This document shows, piece by piece, positions 1-13,399 of a stretch of DNA of 64,000 nucleotides. The DNA comes from the human T2T-CHM13v2.0 reference genome, Homo sapiens. Below the pieces are notes generated by a model. It ran no database searches. It was not told where the DNA came from and saw only the letters and a program-made list of their open reading frames with translations. The first letter of the stretch is position 1. Each line of letters opens with the position of its first letter. The position numbers were made by a program, and so were the translations under genes. The DNA lies in assembly GCF_009914755.1 (NCBI RefSeq), contig NC_060928.1. One strand, written 5' to 3'.

Positions 1-410
1 AATTGCTTAATGATTCTTCTATAGCTAAACTCTGATCCATAGGCTTTTTGTGTATTCACATTAGAATTGAGAGGAGCTAGCAGGCCCAGCAATAGACTGA
101 CATGTGTGCAGAAAAACATGGACTAAAAATATGTTGCATTTGTATGGCACATCAAATTACTTAATTTCTTATGATTTAGACCTGCCTCATATTGCACCTG
201 CCTCAAAGGGTTGTAAGGATTAAATGAAACAATGTGGGTGACTCTTGCACACATACTTCAATCACAGTGAATGGGAACTCTCATTCTGATGACTGATCCC
301 ATTTTCTTCTATAGGTGGCACACATTTCTATTCTATCTATCCTCATAAATCTGTTAATCTTTTCTTAAGTTAGCATTGAAATTAAGTAATAGTTACTGAC
401 TTTCATTCAC

Positions 411-701
411 CTAGAGTTTTCTTTCTGAAGGGCATTGAGTGATTCACAGTGCATGAATTCCTCAGACTATATTCTATGTCTATATCATTATCTGTTTCTG
501 GACCCTAGATTTCACTAGAATCAATTAAAAATAATATTGCATTGACTTCATATGAACTTTTTCAAACAAATTTTTAATTTGTGCTTCACTATCCAGCTCA
601 TTGAAAATTATATTTCCTCTCCCTGATGCTTTCCTCTGTCAGCAGTCTCAATTAGTCCTATTTTTCCATTACTTCCAAACACAAAGCTATAATTTTGATT
701 C
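411..701 (-). pseudogene. Probable fossil exon
   Basis: Acceptor ctctttttaaaAG, donor TAG|GTGAAT; NQNYSFVFGSNGKIGLIETADRGKHQG/RGNIIFNELDSEAQIKNLFEKVHMKSMQYYF. Confidence 0.6.
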
Positions 702-1084
702 CTTTTAAAAAGAGTTATTGTAAGACAGACTAAAGAAAAAAAATAAAGAAGCCCTTACTTCTGAGAGCTGAAGGTCCCTTCTGAGCAAGGATGGAATACT
801 CTACATAAAGCCAACAATCACAGATATAAAATTAATCTGGAGCCATGCACAAACTATTTTTTAAAATGGGCTTTAATTAATTTGCTTTAAAGAGAAATAA
901 AATAACATGTGATCAGTATAATAGTTTATCCTGTTAACTTTGCCCTATAAAATGTTTGCTTGGTCTTTAAAAAAAGCCAGAATCTCTATTTGGAGAACAT
1001 TTTTAGTAGCATAATTACAATATATACTCTTTAAAAATAGAAAACGTTTTTGAGCTTTAGTAGTATAACAAACACTAGTAGTTT

Positions 1085-1655
1085 CTCACCCAGAAATTGT
1101 TCCCCACAAACACCTTTGTTATTGCTCACAGAATCTCGATTTTGTTTAGGTCTTGTTCATTAAACCCCAGTTTTTACTAGGTATCAAATACTCCAATGGC
1201 CTTATCTCTAGATCCAGTCCCAGCCCTCGACCCTGGAGGGGAATCATAATTTGTCCAGATCCTCTTGCTAGTGGTTGCTTTATTCTGGGGTATATGATAT
1301 AGTGCAGGCGAATGAATGAGACAAGAGAGGAAGTCTGATGAAAAGATTCTAAACAGAGATGAAGAGGAAAGAGCTCCTCTTTTGCTCCTCGATGTTGTCA
1401 TGTCTACATGTTATAAAACTGTAGCAGCCATTTTGGGACCATGAAGGAAGTTAGCCTGAAAGGAATTGCTGAAGATGGCAGAGTAGAAAGATGAAAATAA
1501 AGTAAGATTTTCATGACATTAGAAAACTGCGGCGTTAACAAAATTGAAACTGCCTTACCTCTGGGATTCTTGCTAGGTAAGACAATTAATCCTCTTATTA
1601 TTTAAGACACTCTAAGTTGAGATCCTAATACTTGCACCCAAAATCATCCCAACTA
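1085..1655 (+). mobile_element. Old MaLR LTR (MLT1J/K-like)
   Basis: gcagccattttgggaccatgaagg...gatggcagagtagaaag...acttgcacccaaaatcatcccaact resembles the MLT1J/K consensus. Confidence 0.65.
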
Positions 1656-2309
1656 AGCTACAGCAATATCATCTTATAAGATCCTTGATAACAGCTGTAA
1701 GATGCCTAACTTTACTGATAAAACTGGAGGCTCCTCTTACTCTACGGCATTCCAAGCTCATTCTCTATCAGCTCCAAACTCTGTGGGCATAGATTATTAT
1801 AACTTAGAAAGGAAAGGTGATTCAAAGTATTAGGCATACTAATAGATATGTCAAATATAGATGAGTAAGGACAACACATTATAATCATAAGAAAAGAGTA
1901 TGATAAATAAAGAACAGACCTGAATTAATAGCTTTTGTAAAATTTATCATTCTGGAATGCCTATCCAGAACTAATGAATTTTTAGGATAACCTGAATTAG
2001 GCACATGAAATTGAAAACAACAATGATAATATAGAATAATGTCTACAAATGGCCAGGATGAGATGTAATAAGAATAAATGTAAAGTCATAGATTTACGTC
2101 CCAGAAAATGTAGTGTACAAATTTTGGAAAGATCTAAAAAGGAGTCCTACTGGTTTTAACCGTTCCCAAATCTGGTACATAATGAATAGTGTTGTATGGC
2201 TGCAATCAATAAACATTATGGTATCTTACCTTCATTAATTGAGTATAGTGTCTAGATCTATGGCTTCCAGCCCCAGATAGATATCAAAGTTATGTGTAGA
2301 GCTTTTAAT

Positions 2310-3105
2310 TAGTAAATTTTATTTTTAGAGCAGTTTTATGTTCACAGCAGAATTGAGTGGAAAGTACACAGAGTTGTCATATACCCCTTCCTCTACAACA
2401 CACAACCCTGATATTATCAACAGTCCAAGCTCATTCTCTATCCAACCACATCAAAGTGGTATATTTTTTACAATGGATATCTACAATGACACATCATTAT
2501 CACTCAAAGTCCATAGCTTACTATGGGTTTGTTCTTGATGTACATTCTATGGGTTTTGACATATATGTGATGACATATACCTACCATTGCAATATTGTAC
2601 AGAATAGCTTCACTGCCCTAAAAATCCTGATTCTTTGCCTATTCATCCCTTCTTCCCTGAAACTCTTGGCAACCACTAATCCTTTAACTGTCTCCATAGT
2701 TTTGCCTTTTCCAGAATGTCATGTAGTTGGAATCATACAGCATATAACCTTTTCATGTTGGCTTCTTTCCCTTAGTAATATTTATTTAAGCTTCCTCCGT
2801 GTCTTTTTCTAACTTGATAGCTCATTTCTTCTTAGCACTGAATAATTTTCCATTGTCTGGATTTACCACAGTTTCTTTATTCACTCACCTACTGAAAGGC
2901 ACCTTGGTTGCTTCCAAATTTGGGCAATTATGAATATAAACATCCACGTGCAGGGTTTTCAATTCATTTGGGTGCATACCAAGGAGCATGATTGCTGGAT
3001 CTTAGGGTAAGAATATATTTGGCTTTGTAGCAAACTCCCTGTCTCCCAAAGCATTTTCACTATTTTGTATTTTCACCAGCAATGAATGAAAGTTCCTATT
3101 GTTTC
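2310..3105 (-). mobile_element. L1MC-type 3' end nested in older repeats
   Basis: ttttagagcagttttatgttcacagcag...gcaaccactaatcc...ttgcttccaaatttgggcaattatgaat. Confidence 0.8.
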
Positions 3106-3229
3106 TGTGGTGCTTTTTTAAAATGACAATATCTGGGCCCAAATCTAGAACTAGTGAATCAGAATATTTTTGGATTGGACTTGGCTTTGTGCATTTTTTA
3201 AACTCCATAGGCAACAGGCAGTGACACTG

Positions 3230-3805
3230 GTCTAGATTCTAGATTAAGCAAGATTTGTTGTACTTAGCTCTGAATAGATCTCATCAGTGGGACATTATTT
3301 AGTTCTGGGATAATAGTTTTTAAAAAGATATTTAAAAATTGAAGTGCAGCCGAAGGAAGCCAACCATAAAAGTGAAGAATCTTGCAATCATAGCATAGGA
3401 TGAATAGATGAAAGACCAAGGATATTTGGTCTAGAAGTGAAAGGACATAGGGGGAACTCATGAAAGAAAGTAACATATTTATGTTGAATAGTTAAGGTTT
3501 GACATGTGAAGAGTTGCTGTCATTTGTTATCTCTGAAATAAAAGAATTAGGGAATTAATGTATGAACATTACCAGGCAAAAGAATCTCAGATCAATAGAT
3601 AGAAAATTTTTCAAGCCATTAAATATTCAGCAATGAAAAGGACTCTTTTTGGAAAAGAGTGAATGCTGTCATAATTGTAAGTTCCTCCAGAGGCCCATGA
3701 CAGTATAGAATAAAATCAGGAAAGTTGTAAAAGGGACACTTGCCCTCAACAGGGAGTGGACTAGAAAACCTCTAAGGTTCCCTTGGACTCTGCAATTCTA
3801 TGATA
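3230..3805 (+). mobile_element. L3/CR1 3' fragment (5' part near 2000-2270)
   Basis: Ends in CR1-type ggactagaaaacctctaaggttcccttggactctgcaattctatgat. Confidence 0.65.
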
Positions 3806-3877
3806 TTCTGAGCAAATATATCACATAGAGATCACAGAAACATGACAAAGAAAGCAACCTTGAAATTCACTTGTTAA

Positions 3878-4177
3878 GGCCGGGCACAATGTCTCACACC
3901 TGTAAGCTCAGCGCTTTGGGAGGCCAAGGCAGGTGGATCACCTGAGGTCAGGAGTTCAAGACCAGCATGGCTAACATGGTGAAACCCCGTCTCTTCTAAA
4001 AACACAAACATTAGCCGGGTGTGGCAGTGTACACTTGTAGTTCCAGCTACTCGGGAGGCTGCGGCACGAGACTCGCTTGAACCCAGATGGTGGAAGTTGC
4101 AGGGAGCTGAGAATGTGCCACTGCACTCCAGCCTGAGAGACAGAGTGAGACTCAGTCTCAAAAAAAAAAAAAAAAAA
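3878..4177 (+). mobile_element. AluS
   Basis: Full dimer with poly(A); TSD tcacttgttaa at 3867-3877 and 4178-4188. Confidence 0.97.
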
Positions 4178-4562
4178 TCACTTGTTAAAAGCCTTTCACT
4201 GTGTAGATAACAACTGCTAATACAAAGTGAACAACTACTATGTGACTGTCTCTTTATGCATGCTATTACTAATTCTTACAGAAACCTAGAAAGATGAGAT
4301 GGCTATTATCATTTTATAGATGAGGAAAGCAAGTTTCTCAAGAGTTAGTTTGACTTACTTAAAGCATTTAACTAGTATGTAGAAGAGAAAGCACTTGAAC
4401 CAATGTCTTGACAAAGCCAAACCCTTAATGACATCTCAGAGAAGTTCTACAAAATAAACACTAAACCCCTGTTTTGTATTCAAGATCAATGATCTGTCAC
4501 CAACTTTAATTTTCAACCTTAGTTTCCTTCCAAGTTCCAAGTTTCCTGGCAACAAGGCTTAC

Positions 4563-4616
4563 ATTAAAATGGTTCTTTCAAATTCTAACACAATTTCGTC
4601 TTCTCTCCACATCTTC
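4563..4616 (-). pseudogene. Probable fossil exon
   Basis: Donor GTAAGC; open KMWREDEIVLEFERTIL; phase 2 joins exon 411-701; 5' end may extend further. Confidence 0.5.
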
Positions 4617-5028
4617 CTGAACCCAAACTCTATTAGAGAACTAGTCCAAATCCTTCCTCTTCAAATCTTTGATGATATCAACTCAAAATGAATTACCTAT
4701 CCCAAGAAGTCTCACTGCATCTTATATTAAGTCTCTTGTAGTACTTAAAATGTTCTGCTTTGCATGAATTACATGTGTGTGTATGTGTTGCCTAATAACA
4801 ATTTTTGTATGTGTCTCATTTCTGCTACTAAGTTCTAAAATTCACTCCTAAGTCCCCCTGAAAAGTTGAATATAACACCAGGCACATGGTAAACAATCAA
4901 TACATTTTGAATCAATAAATGAATGGAGCAAACATACTATGCCACAAAGAAGTTAAGTGATGTGTCCGAGATCACAAAGGTAATTTGCCTCTCAACCAGA
5001 ACTTACCCCAGAGCTTATATAGAGCTTT

Positions 5029-5063
<35 letters not shown>

Positions 5064-5375
5064 AATTGCCCTGTGAAGCAATTCTGGTACATACTTAGAT
5101 AATAAGAAACAAAAAAAGAACATGCGAATTATTGATTCAGCTCTCCAAGGGGCAGGAGAAAAGGGGGGCTTTTTCCTAAACTTAAAAATAAGTTTAAGAA
5201 AAGTCCTCTGATTTTCTTCTCTGCAGAAAGAAAACCAGAAATTCTATTTGTTGGCATTTTTTATGATATTTTGCCTCAGTTAATTAAAGCCAAACTCAAG
5301 TACCTCAAACCAAGATCTGTCAGTGCAGTCACTAAATATACAACTGCCAAAGTTCACAAATATCCAGAAACCTAC

Positions 5376-5434
5376 ATTTCTCATTAAGTAGATAGTATCA
5401 TGGACTTGAGAACACATTTTCTGAACAAATAAAT
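5376..5434 (-). pseudogene. Possible fossil exon
   Basis: cattttccAG ... GTAGGT; frame ambiguous. Confidence 0.4.
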
Positions 5435-6416
5435 CTGGAAAATGCTATTCTTATGCCATCATATTTAAGAACAGTAATATATCATTTTAATAGCTTCTCT
5501 GCCATGTCACACATGGGGAGGACAAAACATCTTTTAACTAACAAAAGAGATTCAGAGAGGAAACTAAAATCAGAGATCTTGGTAGAAAAACATAGCAAAA
5601 GGATATAAATTATCGTAAAAGGTTATTGTTTTATTCAAATAGACAATTTACATAAATGACCAGCTGTATACTTGAAGCTAGTGGCAACACATGTAAAAGC
5701 CTGCAAAACCAATTCCAGAGATGAAATCAATTATGCTGAAGAGCCACAATACTCTTATAGAGCAATCAATTATGCTGAAAATTTATACTTTCAACTACTG
5801 ACTCAAAAAACTGGGAAAGTCATGTTACATGAGAACAGCTAATTGAAAAAAAAGTGAATCTGATCATTTTAATGATTCTACCTATTCTTATATTAAATTT
5901 TGTATAAAACCACTGAAAATTGGACTTTTTATGAAGAAAAGTGTTCCCTGAACAAACCATGCTTTCTCTTTTGCCTTTGGCCTAGCAATGGTGCTACCAC
6001 ATCCAGGAACATAACTGGCAATTATTTCTCTCTACTCTCAACCCTTCTACTTTGCCTAAATTGTACTCATTCTTTACATTTTAGATGACAAGTTATTACC
6101 TTCAAGAATTCTTCCCTGAACGTTCTTCCCAAAGCTGGGTTAGGTATTCCCCAAAATGAACACTAGACCTAGCAACCTGGTCTCACCCACTAATATAGTA
6201 CACATCACAGTGTTCTGTTATTTCTTATTTATTTGTATTCTCCCAAATCTTGCAACATGAACACATACTCACACAGAAGCTTCTCTGGCCCAGGACGTAG
6301 CATCCATTATCTTCCCAAGAACACAATATGGACCTAATTATTTTGCTTATATAACTACATTGTCATAAAATAAGCAATTTTTTTTTTTTTTGCTTTTTGC
6401 TAAAAAATATCCACAC

Positions 6417-6569
6417 CTTATTGAGCATTTTTAATTGTATTCTGCAGCCTTCTCCACTTTCCCTCTCGGTCATGCTAACAGGAGTCCTCAGTCCTTCTGC
6501 AAGTTGGAAAATGTGTTGAAGTTTTGTGCATAGGTTCCTTTTGACATTTTTCCATATTGATCTCCCCAT
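6417..6569 (-). pseudogene. Fossil exon
   Basis: Acceptor ttttctctattctcAA (AG lost), donor AAG|GTGTGG; 153 nt, phase 2->2; WGDQYGKMSKGTYAQNFNTFSNLQKD*GLLLA*PRGKVEKAAEYN. Confidence 0.65.
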
Positions 6570-7660
6570 TTGAGAATAGAGAAAATGTACTACATCATAT
6601 AATTTATTTTAAATTGGTACCATGAAAATCTTTCTACACAAAAACATACATCAGTATGTGGCCAAGATTGAGAAATGTGTTCATTTTAGTATTCACACCA
6701 ATATTTGCCAAATAACTGAGTCATATTTTTTCTACTAAATTTGAATTTTATAAAAAGAGTGTTCACAGTGGATGCCATTGTAATAATTGTTGTAAGAGAT
6801 TTTTAAAGCCCAACCTATAATAGAAAAATTCAATTGAAAGTCATTGTCAAGTTGACCAAGCACTTGTGATATTTGTTTCTATTTTACACATTGACAGAAA
6901 TAGAAAGATTGCACCAGCCCTTTTTGTCAGATATCACATTAAGTAAATTACATTAGGCATTCTCTGTTAAAAGGGAACATTGGGGCAGCCCAGACTTTTT
7001 ATATATTCAAATACAAATCAGTCACATTCAGACACTTAAGACAAGATAACATAATTCTAGCCAAGGTGGAGCATAAACCATTCCTAAAACCTCTCAAAAT
7101 ACAGCAGGGCCAGCTGTGTAGGTATGGGAACTAGCCAGATTATGGTTCCTAGCCAAAAATGATCATTTCTGATCTTCTAGAGTCAATATGAAACCCTGAT
7201 ACAATTGGATGTAAAAGAAAAATGTGTTGCATAACTTGAGGCCATGGCTTGGAGTTGACTGACCTTAATCTTCTCAGGCAGAGAGTTGTCTGTCATGTTA
7301 TGCCAAATGCCCACACACCAGGCTTTTTCTCGTTTCTTCATTTTGATGCACTCTACACACTCTACATGTCTGTGTTAAGTGCCCTGGCTCTCATTCTGCA
7401 ACTCCCTCAAATTCTGTAAGCATCTTAGAGCCTTCAGGGCTCATGGAAACACTGGTTAATACTAGAGTGGAGAAATAGAAAGCCATCACCACACCCACCT
7501 CACTTCTCTAACTGCACCCCCAACCCAAACACACACACAAATACATATGCACAGATTTTCCTAAGTTCAGAAGAAAAACTTTGGGAAGACAGATCATCTT
7601 AGGGATAAAAATTTTCAGTATAATTATGGGAGCCACCATAATCCTGTGAGGTGAGCTTAC

Positions 7661-7836
7661 TCAAGAGTAAAAATAGCTGTCCTGAGTGACACTGCCTCTG
7701 GATAAAGCTCGCTTATGGCACATTGCTGAGCAGTAAAGCAATCCTACAAGAAGCATTTTTCAGCAAGCCAGACCAAATTTGTCCATGAATTTCCCTGTCT
7801 TGTTAGTTTAGATCTAACCCATTGCAGTACACTTTT
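7661..7836 (-). pseudogene. Fossil exon
   Basis: Acceptor ttgcttgtctgttAG, donor GTAAGC; 176 nt, phase 0->2; KSVLQWVRSKLTRQGNSWTNLVWLAEKCFL*DCFTAQQCAISELYPEAVSLRTAIFTL. Confidence 0.8.
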
Positions 7837-7995
7837 CTAACAGACAAGCAACAAGTACGTTATCTTCCATCATCACTGCAGTAGAAAGCATTCTATATGT
7901 GGTGTGGTGTGTGTGCCATATATTTGAAGAGGATATGTGAACAGGAAGAAACCATATCAGAACAAGAATGAAATCTTAGCAGCTAACTGTGTCAC

Positions 7996-8338
7996 TGCTA
8001 TGGTCTGAGTGTTGAAACTTGATTGCCAATGTGATAGCATTAAGAAGTAGGGCTTTTAGGAGGTGATTACATCATGAGAGTAGAGCCCTCACAAATGGGA
8101 TTAATGATCTTATAAAAGAGGTGTGAGGGAGCTGTCCATTCTTTTTGCCCTCCCACCTTCCATCATGTGAGGACACAGCAACAGGGCGCCATCTTGAAAG
8201 CCGAGAGCAATCCTCACCAAACACCGAATCTACTGCTGCCTTCAGCCTGGATGTCCCAGAACTGTGAGAAATAAATTCCTTTTATTTACAAATAACCCAG
8301 CATAAGGTATTCTGTTATAGCCACGTGAATGGACTACA
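7996..8338 (+). mobile_element. MaLR solo LTR (MSTD/MLT1A-like) inserted in a MIR
   Basis: tgctatggtctga...catgtgaggacacagc...cagaactgtgagaaataaatt...tgttatagc. Confidence 0.85.
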
Positions 8339-9544
8339 ATTGTCATCTTGGAGAAGTCCTTTAATTTCTCTAAGCATCAGTTTCTACTCACTTGCGACTA
8401 CATTATCTTATTTCAATCTTAAATGATATTGTGAAAATTGCTTAGAAGCTTACATTTAAATATATTCTAAGTCTCTCTCCAAGTATGCTAACTTGTTAAC
8501 ACTAACAGAAGTCTTTCATAATTTTTTAAAAGTCATTAACACATTTTACTGATGAAATTAAAATGGCAAATTTAAGAGAAATAATATTTTGATAGATATT
8601 AATTAATGTTCCCCCTTGATTAGATTTAACACTAAATAACAATATGTAAAACCAAGAAACAAACAACAGAACATTGTGAAGAACCAACATATTGTCCTAA
8701 TAAACAGGATGGAAGAGTTTCACCAGAAAAATCAACCCATGATTGAGAAGGGAAACTGAGCTTGACAATTACAACATAATATAACATCAGATCTTAAGGA
8801 AAAACTTGGAAGCCATAAATATATTCAAATTGTACTTGTTGCTTTTCTAAAGAACAAATAAATAATATCATAAGGAAGTAGGAAACTAGTAACCACCAGT
8901 GTGCTAGCTGTGTATACTACCAAAGTAAAAGTGATGCCTGAACCAATTTTAACTATGGTTCAATTTTTATGCCATACATCTCTGTGGTTAGGAAATTTTC
9001 TAAAGACAAAATTACAAATTTTGCTTTGTAAAAATTTTTTTAAAAAATCAGCAAAGAAGCAATGTCAATAGTCAAGACATGAAATTATCTAAGCTCTCAT
9101 AAAATTGAAACAGAAAGGAAATTCTATAGAAAATTAATGATTCAACATATTCATTGAGGCTGCCTAAAAGCTCAATCTGCTCTTTAAAATTCTTTGAGCT
9201 TATTCATTTTAAGATGTTTTATTTCAAGTTCAAAAAGTTATGACAGAATGCTAATTTTATTAATAATTTATGAGAGCGTAAATTTTTCTTTTCTCCAAAA
9301 AGTTTCATCACATCCTCAAGATATTTTTATTCCCCTTTTTGACGTGTTAGACAAAATTACACATGCATATGCAATAAAAATATATAATTTACATCTGAAA
9401 TACAAACTGCATTTAATCTGTACTTCGTAAGTAAAAACTCACAAGCAAACTAAAAACAATAGAAGCTCTTTTCTCACTAAACTCTTAGGTTCATTTCTTG
9501 ACTTTTAAAATGGTAGTTGGAAAAGTATATGAATGAACACATAC

Positions 9545-9680
9545 ATCAAACAGATACTGAAATCCTCAAAGGTCATTTCTTGCTTTACACAATAATAAAA
9601 AATTCAAGGCAACTGTCAGAAAATAGCTGGCACAGCACCATACTGGGCTGACATCAAAGAAGTTGTTGATGTTATAGATA
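9545..9680 (-). pseudogene. Fossil exon
   Basis: T-rich acceptor ending atttgacAG, donor GTATGT; 136 nt, phase 2->0; IYNINNFFDVSPVWCCASYFLTVALNFLLLCKARNDL*GFQYLFD. Confidence 0.75.
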
Positions 9681-9778
9681 CTGTCAAATAAAAAAAAAAT
9701 CTTAGTTGGGGCTCTAATGATACTGAGATCCCACCCTGTGAACATAACCATCTTGTTTTGACAAGAACAAAGAGAAAC

Positions 9779-9882
9779 CAGCTGTTCTCCTAGGAACATA
9801 TCAGAATTCATAGCAGCCATTATTCCTCCAGAGATATTTCTGAGAGAGGACAATGTCCTAAATCTCTGAGGATTTCTTTATT
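9779..9882 (-). pseudogene. Probable fossil exon
   Basis: 104 nt, phase 0->2; NKEILRDLGHCPLSEISLEE*WLL*ILICS*ENS; weak donor. Confidence 0.5.
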
Positions 9883-10824
9883 CTGCAACACCCAGCATTA
9901 GTTTCCATCCTCTACCCCACCCTCCCACCTCCTGACATTAATGTTAATCAAGATCTACTCTGAAGACAAGAGACCCTTAACAGGAGGGTCTAGCATGTGT
10001 ATCTGGAGATCCTCAGATACACATGCTAGAACACGGAGGTTAAGGCTAGACCATCGAGGCCCTTAAATATGAGGCTAAGACGTTCGCTTGGTTAGAAAGG
10101 ACAAAGGGAACCATGAAACTCGTTAAGACTAGGGACATATGAGATTTACTCTCTTAAGAGTAAATAATCTACTCTGGGGATGGTGCAATCAGGTGTTTGA
10201 AAAAAGTGAAAAACATTTGGTGCAATTACTTTGAGAAATATCCTAGAAAGTAAGATAAATAGGAGATTAAGCCACAGTGAGGATACAGCAGAGGTGAGAG
10301 ATCATGATGCTGCACAGACCTCAGTCCAAAAAATGTCATGGCATTCTGCAACAAAGCTTGGTAATCTGACAGTGAAAAAAGTTGATAATGGAATGGCCCC
10401 AAATTAGAGATTAGCAAGGCAATGAAGATATTGAAGCTTTTAAAAGATTAAGCATGGATCCAGAAGCACAGGTGAGGGAAATGAGGTCTACAAGGCACTT
10501 ATAGGTGGGGGTGGCACTGAAGGGCTGGATGTGTAATTCTGCAAAATAAAATTACACAAGAGTTGTGACCACCTGAGTATATCATGAGTCTTAAAGCACA
10601 GCAAGTGGTGGACTGCACCAAAACACTCTTTCCAAATACAGCACAGAAATTCAGACTGGACCAACAACTTTGACTGCATTTAGAGGAAGGGTTGTAATGG
10701 AAAATCAGTAGACAGGTGGAAGGTGGTCCTTGTAATTGAAAATAGATGTATTTCCCCACTCTCCTCCAAACAATCATGTGAGAGAAAATTTGCTTGAAGA
10801 TAAAATTAACAAAATAGAACTGAC

Positions 10825-11210
10825 TTTGGATAGATCCAGAAAATTGTAAGGATTTTCACTGTTAACTTATTACTGTCACTTCTAAGGGAGATATCGGTTA
10901 AACCAGTTGACAACATAGTATGCCAACATCTTTCTTTTATTTATATAAACATGAACTAAAATCCAGCATTATTTTTCTGATCATCATCTCTTATAAGCTA
11001 TAATCCAGCTCATAAAACTTGTGCAAGAAACTCAGCAAAAAGCTTCTGGTTTTTTTTTTTTTAATCAAATACAGAACAATGTAAGTCAATGTATCATTAT
11101 TTTCCAGCTAACAAGGTGCTATTTTTTTCAATAAATATATTACTTCATCTGAGGTTAGTCTGTTGAATTTTTCCAGCCCATTAGATTCTCACTTAATGAG
11201 ATTTTTCTCT
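10825..11210 (-). pseudogene. Fossil exon
   Basis: Acceptor ctctactttctttAG, donor GTCAGT; EKNLIK*ESNGLEKFNRLTSDEVIYLLKKIAPC*LENNDTLTYIVLYLIK...; an A13 run probably shifts the frame. Confidence 0.65.
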
Positions 11211-11582
11211 CTAAAGAAAGTAGAGATATTGAATCAATATAACTTATAGAACAGTCCAGAGCAGTGAAACATTTGCATAAACATCTTAATCACAGATATT
11301 GGAATCAGAAACAGAAATATCAGAATACCTACCCATCATGTTCTCATTATGTTAAATTTTATTTATATTGTACAACAAACATTATTTGTAGGGTGTGCCT
11401 ATCAGTCAATCATTTACATATCTACTGTCATGGCGAAATAAAATATTCAACCATAGAATAACAACAGAATAAGGTGTAAGATATAAATGTTTGTTTCTTC
11501 TCACTAATGTCTATTTTAAAAATCACCTGGACTCATTAAATAATTCGTTTATGGTTAGTCTGACAGCAGAAAGCATAAGGTG

Positions 11583-11883
11583 TTTTTTTGTTTTTTTTTT
11601 CTGAGATGGAGTCTCATTCACTCTGTCACCCAGGCTGAAGTGCAATGGTGGCACAATCTTGGCTCACTGCAACCTCAAGTGATTCTCCTGCCTCAGCCTC
11701 CCGAGTAGCTGGGATTACAGCCGTGCACCACCGCACTCAGCTAATTTTTGTATTTTCAGTAGAGACAGGGTTTCACCATGTTGGCCAGGCTGGTCTTGAA
11801 CCCCTGACCTCAAGTGATTCTCCTCCCAAAGTGATTCTTTCCCAAAGTGCTGGGATTACAGGCATGAACCTTTATGCCCAGCC
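11583..11883 (-). mobile_element. AluS with internal micro-rearrangements
   Basis: Reverse Alu dimer; short deletion near 11676 and repeated aagtgattct near 11810-11845. Confidence 0.95.
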
Positions 11884-12382
11884 ATAAAGTATTTTCTCAA
11901 AAAAAAAATCTAAAGCAAAATGAAATCAATGTGTGCTTCCTTACCTAAGACCATAGGAGGCTGGAACTGGAATAGGATTTAGAGATTGTGTCCATGGATT
12001 TTTAACCCCAGAGGATCCAGAGATGACACCAGCATCTGAAATTACTCAAGGAAGAATACATGTACATGTGGATGTGTATTTAGAGTGGGAGGAGAAATAA
12101 TAGAGATGATATACATAGAGTTCAGAAGATTCTTAATGACTCTAAAAACAGTAAGAGCAGCCACTTTAACTCAAACTCTTTATCTTACACAATAGGAAAA
12201 ACTGAGGCCCAGATTGGGGAATAAAGCCACCCAAGGTGATGAACCTAGTTAGTGATTCAGATGACACTGGTTTCCTCAATGATAATCTAAACGCTCATTC
12301 CACTTTTCACACTGCCTCTATTCAAAGCCCTCCAATGTGAGATTTTAAAAATGGAGCTTTTGAAAGTGGGAAGTTACAATAC

Positions 12383-12488
12383 TTTAATGTTTGCTCTGTC
12401 ACTCTTTTAGATTGTTCTTCTTCCGGTGGGGGAGGGGAAAACACTTTGGAGCTTAAAAGTGGGAATTCATTTGAAAGAGGGTGAAAAT
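12383..12488 (-). pseudogene. Fossil exon
   Basis: Acceptor ctgcttctttAG; 106 nt, phase 1->2, open: FHPLSNEFPLLSSKVFSPPPPEEEQSKRVTEQTL. Confidence 0.75.
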
Positions 12489-12795
12489 CTAAAGAAGCAG
12501 TATGCCCTTGCTTCCAAACCTAGGTAAGAGATATGAAAACTTAACCTTCCAGCCAAGACAAGTTTTAAACATTATAAGGGCAGGTAGGTAATATTAGACT
12601 GTTTGAGACCCCTATATCTGTTATAAACCTCATTGAGCATAGAGTGATAGTCAGGAATGGGCTGGCTCTGCAGCCAGATTATCCGAGTTCAAATCTAGTC
12701 TCTTTCACTTTCCAGGTGTAAAGTCTTAGGCAAGTAACTTAGCTTAGCCTCTCTGTGCCTCTGTTTCAAATACACTGGGGATAATAGTAGTACTT

Positions 12796-13285
12796 ATCTT
12801 CATTTGGGTTTCTCCAAAATAGAACATGACAAGATCTTGGATGCAGGTATTTGGCTTGGGAGAATTCTCTGGAAGGAGTTACGAATGACAAGAGTGAGAC
12901 AGAGCTACAATAGGAGTAAATTACAGAAGTTGCTTCTATAAGCAATGGAAGTTTGACTCAGCTGAGACTTCCAAGAGTGTACAGAATGCCTCTTAGAATT
13001 GTCCATTCAAAGGGTGGGAAGCTAGAGAATTTACCCACCAGCTCCTGTGCATCTGTGGTTGAGGGTTGCCCTGAGAATGTTAAATCCACTTCACTTCTGT
13101 GCCAGGACATTAGAAAGATCTAGTGACTTCCTGCACTTTAGAGAAGGCCTGAACAGGCAGACTGATACTTGTGCATGGGGTGAGACACTCAGCACAAGTC
13201 TGAGCTCACACAAAACTCTCTGCCATAGTGATGGCTGAAATATGAGTTATGTCACAGTGACACAGGGCACTGGAAGCATTGGCTG
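12796..13285 (-). mobile_element. ERVL LTR (LTR33-like) inserted in a MIR (MIR about 12630-13390)
   Basis: cagctcctgtgcatctgtggttgagggttgccctg...ttaaatcc motif; MIR halves on both sides. Confidence 0.6.
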
Positions 13286-13399
13286 TGTTGTCTACCTCAA
13301 AAGCATTGTTGTAGGGACTTAATAAAGTAATTCATGTAAAGTGGTTAGAACGAACCTGGCATATAGCAAGGGATCAATTATGTTAGCTGTGATTCTTCT

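Noticed and set aside
2357-2812. 151-aa ORF
   Set aside because: It lies within an antisense L1MC 3' UTR.
5033-5060. Isolated A28 tract
   Set aside because: No TSD or upstream retroelement body is recognisable; treated as a simple repeat.
9779-9882. Resemblance of LRDLGHCPLSEISLEE to the PI3K helical domain
   Set aside because: Flanking exons show no PI3K similarity; a short chance match.
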